DNA from: Campylobacterota bacterium | Lineage (GTDB): Bacteria; Campylobacterota; Campylobacteria; Campylobacterales; Arcobacteraceae | Reading direction: 5' to 3' | DNA: 13,283 nt | NCBI GenBank assembly: GCA_051746405.1 | Contig: JBNJFB010000059.1 | Coordinates: 1-13,283, forward strand | Shown: piece by piece, positions 8,914 through 13,283 of the stretch | Position numbering within the stretch: position 1 is the stretch's first letter | How the letters are laid out: each line of letters begins with the position of its first letter | The notes under the pieces: model-generated | What the model saw: only the letters and a program-made list of their open reading frames with translations | Told to the model about the DNA's origin: nothing | The model's database searches: none | Translations under genes and position numbers: made by a program

Positions 8914-9038
8914 CATATAGGGTATTTATATTAAATCCTCCTACTACTAATCATATTTTAATTAGTATCCTATTTAACATAAATTTAAATAAATTTGAAT
9001 AATACAAGCTTCACAAAACTTTGTGAAGCTTTTTTTTT
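8914..9038 (+). ncRNA. Candidate small regulatory RNA (about 125 nt) with an anti-SD loop
   Basis: Bounded by an extended -10 and an intrinsic terminator; no ATG in the interval; 10-bp stem 8917-8926/8964-8973 encloses TCCTCCT (8936-8942). The 5' end is approximate. Confidence 0.55.
9006..9038 (+). terminator. Rho-independent terminator
   Basis: AAGCTTCACAA-aact-TTGTGAAGCTT, an 11-bp perfect stem merging into a T9 run (9030-9038). Confidence 0.88.
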
Positions 9039-9107
9039 GTCTAAATTTTATCAATTAAAAGTAAAATTTATGATTAAATCAATATAATACCCGTGGAGTA
9101 ATAATAT

Positions 9108-9818
9108 ATGGAAACTATAAGTATCTTAACTATAATATCAATAGCAGTTTTAGGTTCATTTGGACATTGTGTTGGAATGTGTGGCGGAATAGTAATGGCA
9201 TATTCAAGTACAAAAATAAGAGAACAATGGTCAAAAAAAACACAAGCTATTGCTCATCTATTCTATTCATTTGGAAGAGTTACTACTTATGTTTTTATTG
9301 GTGCAGTGATTGGCTTTATTGGAAGTGTTATAACTTTTAATAATCTTACAAATGCCCTTTTACTTCTATTTACAGGTATTATGATGATATTAACAGGTCT
9401 ATCTTTACTTGGAAAAATAAAATTTCTTACAAAATTAGAACATACTTGTTCTAAATCCACTTTTTATCAAAAAACATTTAAAAAGCTTTTAGGCTCTGAT
9501 ACTATTGCTAGTTTTTATTTTCTTGGTGTTTTAAATGGTTTTTTACCATGTGGATTTGTATACGCTTTTGCAATAATAGCTGCAAGTACAGCAAGTGCTT
9601 TTTGGGGTGCAATTGTTATGCTTATCTTTGGAATTAGTACTATTCCTGCACTTTTCTCACTTGGCTTTTTTATAGGGCTATTTAAGCAGTCAGATTTAAG
9701 AGATGTATTTATCAAAATAGCTTCAATGTTAGTAATAGGTTTTGGTATTTATATGATGTATATGGGGTATCAGTTCTACACAGATACACAAGGTGCATTT
9801 ACATCAATTAAACTATAA
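9108..9818 (+). CDS. DsbD_2/UreH-like membrane protein (often annotated as sulfite exporter TauE/SafE family)
   Basis: HCVGMCGG and GFLPCGFVY motifs, GRVTTY, FGISTIPAL, about 6 hydrophobic segments; SD GGAG at 9095-9098. Confidence 0.85.
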   Translation: METISILTIISIAVLGSFGHCVGMCGGIVMAYSSTKIREQWSKKTQAIAHLFYSFGRVTTYVFIGAVIGFIGSVITFNNLTNALLLLFTGIMMILTGLSLLGKIKFLTKLEHTCSKSTFYQKTFKKLLGSDTIASFYFLGVLNGFLPCGFVYAFAIIAASTASAFWGAIVMLIFGISTIPALFSLGFFIGLFKQSDLRDVFIKIASMLVIGFGIYMMYMGYQFYTDTQGAFTSIKL

Positions 9819-9843
9819 TAGCTATCTTTTAACATTTTTTATA

Positions 9844-9849
9844 TATAAT
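9844..9849 (+). promoter_or_regulatory. Putative -10 element of the btuB-like operon leader
   Basis: TATAAT preceded by T-tracts (TTTTAACATTTTTT), about 260 nt upstream of the receptor ATG. Confidence 0.55.
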
Positions 9850-9872
9850 TCCGAACTTTTTAACTACAAAAA

Positions 9873-10050
9873 GATTTTAAAAATCAAGAAAGGGGGAATG
9901 TATGCTTAGTAAATCAAAAAAATACTTTACATTTTTTGGTATTTTAGCTGCGACTGTAAATAGACAATTGCTCTCATTTAATAGCTCAATTGATGCATTA
10001 ATTAGTAAAAATGTACCAAAAATAAACAAAATACTTATAAGTAAAGAACT
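9873..10050 (+). promoter_or_regulatory. Degenerate cobalamin-riboswitch-like leader
   Basis: In order: hairpin GATTTT-A-AAAATC, AAGGGGGAA, helix AATGTA/TACATT, GCGACTGTAA (9950-9959), AAGTAAAGAA (10039-10048), all upstream of a BtuB-like gene. The core GC-rich elements are missing. Confidence 0.4.
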
Positions 10051-10087
10051 AAAACCAATCAAAACATATACAACAATAAATCTATAA
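9902..10087 (+). CDS. Small 61-aa leader ORF upstream of the TonB-dependent receptor
   Basis: Strong SD (AAAGGGGG, 5 nt from the ATG); 61 stop-free codons in very AT-rich DNA; stop lies 22 nt before the receptor start. Confidence 0.55.
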   Translation: MLSKSKKYFTFFGILAATVNRQLLSFNSSIDALISKNVPKINKILISKELKPIKTYTTINL

Positions 10088-10109
10088 AATATATAATCAA
10101 GGGAAAATA

Positions 10110-11933
10110 ATGAATAAAAAATTAACTACAAGCTTAGTTGCAAGCTTACTTCTAGCAACAAATCTAACTGCAAACGAAACTTTAGATACTATTACTGTTA
10201 CAAGTGCCACAAAGTCAGAGCAATCAATCAAAGATGTTACTTCAAATGTAGAAGTTATTACAAGCCAGGAAATAGAAGAAAGACATTTTACTACTGTAAG
10301 TGAGGCTTTGAATACATTATCTGGAATTAATGTGATAAACAATGGTGGTTTAGGTAAAAGTACATCGGTATTTACTAGAGGCTTTGATTCTCAAAGATTA
10401 TTAGTTTTAATTGATGGTATTAATTTTAATGATTTTACTGGAATTGGTGGTGCAAGATTTGAACATCTAATTATTTCTGACATTGAGAGAATTGAAGTTG
10501 TAAAAGGCGCTCAGTCTGGTATATGGGGAGCAGATGCAAATGCAGGTGTAATTAATATTATTACGAAGTCTTCTCAAAAAGGTACTAATGCAAATATACA
10601 AGTAGAATATGGTTCTTACAATACAAAAAAATTAATAACTTCATTATCTCACAAAACTGATAGATATGATGTAAGATTAGGTATCTCTAGAATTGATTCA
10701 GATGGCTTCTCTGCAAGAGTTCCAAGGGGTGGTGATATTGATGATTTTGAAAAAGATGGATATGAAAATACAACAATTAATTTTAAATCAGGCGTTAATT
10801 TAAATGAAAATAATAGAGTCGAATTAGCTCACAATATTATTAATTCTAAAAGTCAGTATGATGGTGGTTTTGGTGCAATTCCTTCTATTGCTAATTCAAG
10901 AGGTTATGAATTAGAAACTAAAAATGATTATACTTCTTTTCAATATACAAATAATAATAGTTTTTCAGATATAAAAGCTTATGTAAACTATTCAAGAGTT
11001 AATAGAGATGACCCTTTAGGATATACAAAAAAATTTGATGGTAATCGAAGAGAATATGGATTAAATACTACAATTCCTTATTTTAATGAAAAATCATTTA
11101 TAACAATTGGAACTGATTATAAAATTACTAACCATAAAAATAGTGTTAATAAAGAGTTAAATAATAAAGCTATTTTTGCAACAAATAGTACAAATTTTGG
11201 TAATACTGTGTTTACACAATCTTTAAGATATGACAAATATGATTTATTCAATAATAAAACTACTGGAAAAATTGGTGTAAGACATAATTTTAGTGAAGAT
11301 TTATATGCAACTGTAAATTATGGTACTTCATATAATGTTCCTAGTTTTTATAAACTTTATAATCCTAGTGCAGGTTTTGCTGATCTACAACCAGAAACAA
11401 CAAAATCTTCAGATGTTACTTTAGGTTATAAAGGGTTTAATTTAACATATTTTCATAATAAAATTATAAATATGATTGAATATAATACGGCTACTTATAA
11501 GTACTTTAATATGGATGGTGTAGTTACTTTGCAAGGTTTAGAAGCTGGATATAAGGGTAGTATAACTGATGATTTATTAGTAGGGCTAAATTATACATTT
11601 ACAAGTGCAAAAGATGATAATGATAAAAGATTACAAAGAAGAGTTAAGGACAGTATAAAGTTTGCTTTTGATTATTATGGTATTGAAAAATTGCATTTAA
11701 ATCTTAATGGTGAATATGTTGGTGATAGATTCCAATACACATTTGGTACATATAATAAAAATGCTAATACTGGGAACTATACTTTATGGAATGCAGTAGT
11801 TAATTATGATGTTAATAATACACTAAAAATTTATTTAAAATTAGATAATATTACTAATAAAAAATATCAAAATATTGATACTTATGGTGCCGCGGAAAGA
11901 AGTGCTTATGTTGGATTAAACTACAAGTTCTAA
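10110..11933 (+). CDS. btuB: TonB-dependent outer-membrane receptor, BtuB-like (probable cobalamin receptor)
   Basis: Signal peptide, TonB box DTITVTS, plug motifs (LVLIDG, IERIEVVKGAQSGIWGADA..GVINIITK), DLQPE, NITNKKY, terminal Phe; 607 aa; followed by BtuF/BtuD-like genes. The substrate is inferred. Confidence 0.8.
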   Translation: MNKKLTTSLVASLLLATNLTANETLDTITVTSATKSEQSIKDVTSNVEVITSQEIEERHFTTVSEALNTLSGINVINNGGLGKSTSVFTRGFDSQRLLVLIDGINFNDFTGIGGARFEHLIISDIERIEVVKGAQSGIWGADANAGVINIITKSSQKGTNANIQVEYGSYNTKKLITSLSHKTDRYDVRLGISRIDSDGFSARVPRGGDIDDFEKDGYENTTINFKSGVNLNENNRVELAHNIINSKSQYDGGFGAIPSIANSRGYELETKNDYTSFQYTNNNSFSDIKAYVNYSRVNRDDPLGYTKKFDGNRREYGLNTTIPYFNEKSFITIGTDYKITNHKNSVNKELNNKAIFATNSTNFGNTVFTQSLRYDKYDLFNNKTTGKIGVRHNFSEDLYATVNYGTSYNVPSFYKLYNPSAGFADLQPETTKSSDVTLGYKGFNLTYFHNKIINMIEYNTATYKYFNMDGVVTLQGLEAGYKGSITDDLLVGLNYTFTSAKDDNDKRLQRRVKDSIKFAFDYYGIEKLHLNLNGEYVGDRFQYTFGTYNKNANTGNYTLWNAVVNYDVNNTLKIYLKLDNITNKKYQNIDTYGAAERSAYVGLNYKF

Positions 11934-11935
11934 TT

Positions 11936-12763
11936 ATGAAAAAATATATATTTATACTTTTATTTTTATGTATAAATTTATTTGGGAGCCATAGAGTAGT
12001 TACTTTGGCTCCTTCAATAAATGAGATAGTTTTTGCTTTGGGTATGGGTGAAAATGTAGTTGCTAATACAATGTATTGTGATTTTCCAAAAGAGTCAAAA
12101 AGTGTTACTAAACTAGGTGGTTATGCAAACATCTCTTTAGAAAAGATACTAAAAGCTAACCCTACAGTTGTATTAGCACAAAATTATGATGTAAAACTTC
12201 ATAACAATCTAGAAAAGTTAGGAATTAAGCTTCTAGTTTTCAAAACACAAACTATTGAAGATATAAAAAATACCATAAATGTATTAGGTGAGTATTTTCA
12301 AAAAGAAAACAGAGCAAATGAGCTAATAAAAAATATTGATAATGCACTTAAATCTTTAGAATATATTGTTGAAAACAAAAAAGTATTAATAGTAATTAGT
12401 CCAAATAAGACACTTTCAAATCAAATATATGTAAGTGGAAACTACTTATACTTTGAGGATATTATAAAAGCATCAGGTAATAAAAATGCCTTTTATTCAA
12501 AAAGTAAAAGTCAGCCAGTGGTAAATACAGAAAAAGTTATAAAAATGAATCCAGATATAATAGTTTTATTAGCTCCTTTTTTAGATAATAAACCAAAACA
12601 AAGAGAAAATATAAAGAAAATGTGGAAAACATTGCCAATAAGTGCAAGTAAAGATGATAATATCTATACAGTACATAAATCCTATGCAGGTATTCCAAGT
12701 CAAAGAGTAGTTTACTTTATAAAAGATTTTAAAAAGATATTAGAAAATGTTAGAGATAAATAG
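11936..12763 (+). CDS. btuF: Periplasmic binding protein, helical-backbone (BtuF/FecB) family
   Basis: RVVTLAPSINEIVFALG, YCDFP, SLEKILKANPTVV, VNTEKVIKMNPDII, PSQR; N-terminal signal peptide. Confidence 0.75.
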   Translation: MKKYIFILLFLCINLFGSHRVVTLAPSINEIVFALGMGENVVANTMYCDFPKESKSVTKLGGYANISLEKILKANPTVVLAQNYDVKLHNNLEKLGIKLLVFKTQTIEDIKNTINVLGEYFQKENRANELIKNIDNALKSLEYIVENKKVLIVISPNKTLSNQIYVSGNYLYFEDIIKASGNKNAFYSKSKSQPVVNTEKVIKMNPDIIVLLAPFLDNKPKQRENIKKMWKTLPISASKDDNIYTVHKSYAGIPSQRVVYFIKDFKKILENVRDK

Positions 12764-13283
12764 TTATAGTGATGAGATTTTACATGATATAAGCTTCTTC
12801 TTAAAAGAGGAGGAAAATCTAATTATATTAGGTCAAAATGGAGCAGGGAAGTCTACTTTGGCAAAAGTATTATCAAATCTAATAACAAATAACAAAGTTA
12901 AATTTTATGATGAGAGTATAGATAGTTTAAGTGATAAAAAAAGAGCCCAGTATATAAACTATATACCACCAAAACTATCTATATTTGATGAGTATGTTAC
13001 CTTAAGAGAGTTTTTAGAACTATCTTGTATAGATTATGTTGATAGATATAAAGTACAGGAGGTTATTAAACTTCTTAAGTTAGAAAAATTAGAGAATAGA
13101 TATTGTAAAGCTTTTAGTTCAGGAGAAAAGCAGCTTGTTTTATTGGGTTCTAGTATTATGCATGATGCAAAAATTACTATTTTTGATGAGTTAACAGCTA
13201 ATCTTGATATTAGTAGATTAAAAGAGGTTTTTGATATTTTTAAATCAAACTTTTTAAAACAAAAAATAGTAATAACTCATAAT
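12747..13283 (+). CDS. ABC transporter ATP-binding protein (BtuD/FecE-like), 3'-truncated by the window end; absent from the ORF track
   Basis: Hand translation from ATG 12747 gives MLEINSYSDEILHDISF..., Walker A GQNGAGKST, signature FSSGEKQ, Walker B ITIFDE, D-loop TANLD and H-loop ITH; 179 open codons; 17-nt overlap with btuF. Confidence 0.92.
   Translation, partial: MLEINSYSDEILHDISFFLKEEENLIILGQNGAGKSTLAKVLSNLITNNKVKFYDESIDSLSDKKRAQYINYIPPKLSIFDEYVTLREFLELSCIDYVDRYKVQEVIKLLKLEKLENRYCKAFSSGEKQLVLLGSSIMHDAKITIFDELTANLDISRLKEVFDIFKSNFLKQKIVITHN

Noticed and set aside
8875..8942. Reading TCCTCCT as a minus-strand SD (AGGAGGA) for a 13-aa ORF MFKTISNEMLINC
   Set aside because: The nearest ATG (8916-8914) is about 19 nt from the SD, and the terminator and G-U stems favour a + strand RNA.
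9070..9082. FNR box
   Set aside because: ATGAT-N3-ATCAA has a 3-nt spacer and a mismatch; the FNR consensus is TTGAT-N4-ATCAA.
9515..9715. 66-aa minus-strand ORF
   Set aside because: Antisense shadow inside the membrane-protein gene.
9873..10050. Calling a canonical, intact cobalamin riboswitch
   Set aside because: GGUG-AAAUCC, CUGCCCC, GCCACUG and GGGAAG elements are not recognisable; reported only as riboswitch-like.
9877..10342. Minus-strand ORFs 9877-10062 and 10097-10342
   Set aside because: Antisense to the leader ORF and receptor 5' end, with no SD; the + strand has the promoter, SD and operon context.
1..13283. CRISPR array, IS/transposase, integrase, tRNA or rRNA
   Set aside because: No regularly spaced repeats, terminal inverted repeats flanking a transposase, or cloverleaf/rRNA signatures were seen.

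Overview
AT-rich chromosomal window. Gene content and promoter style suggest Campylobacterota, probably Arcobacteraceae-like (inference). From left to right: pgeF/yfiH, a PTA-less malic enzyme, purU-trmL, an OmpR-family regulator with a small two-TM histidine kinase, a 977-aa stand-alone AAA_16/STAND-type NTPase-helical-repeat protein, a convergent HAD phosphatase, a DsbD_2/TauE-like membrane protein, and a BtuB/BtuF/BtuD-like (probably cobalamin) uptake operon whose ATPase runs off the right end and is missing from the ORF track. Two non-coding signals stand out. (1) The btuB-like leader is a 61-codon ORF with a strong SD that retains, in order, degenerate cobalamin-riboswitch landmarks (GGGAA, GCGACTGTAA, AAGTAAAGAA), so it may be a riboswitch/leader-peptide hybrid. 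(2) An orphan promoter-to-terminator unit of about 125 nt in the divergent gap at 8737-9107 carries an anti-Shine-Dalgarno UCCUCCU in a stem-loop and is a candidate sRNA. No CRISPR array, IS element, tRNA or rRNA was seen.
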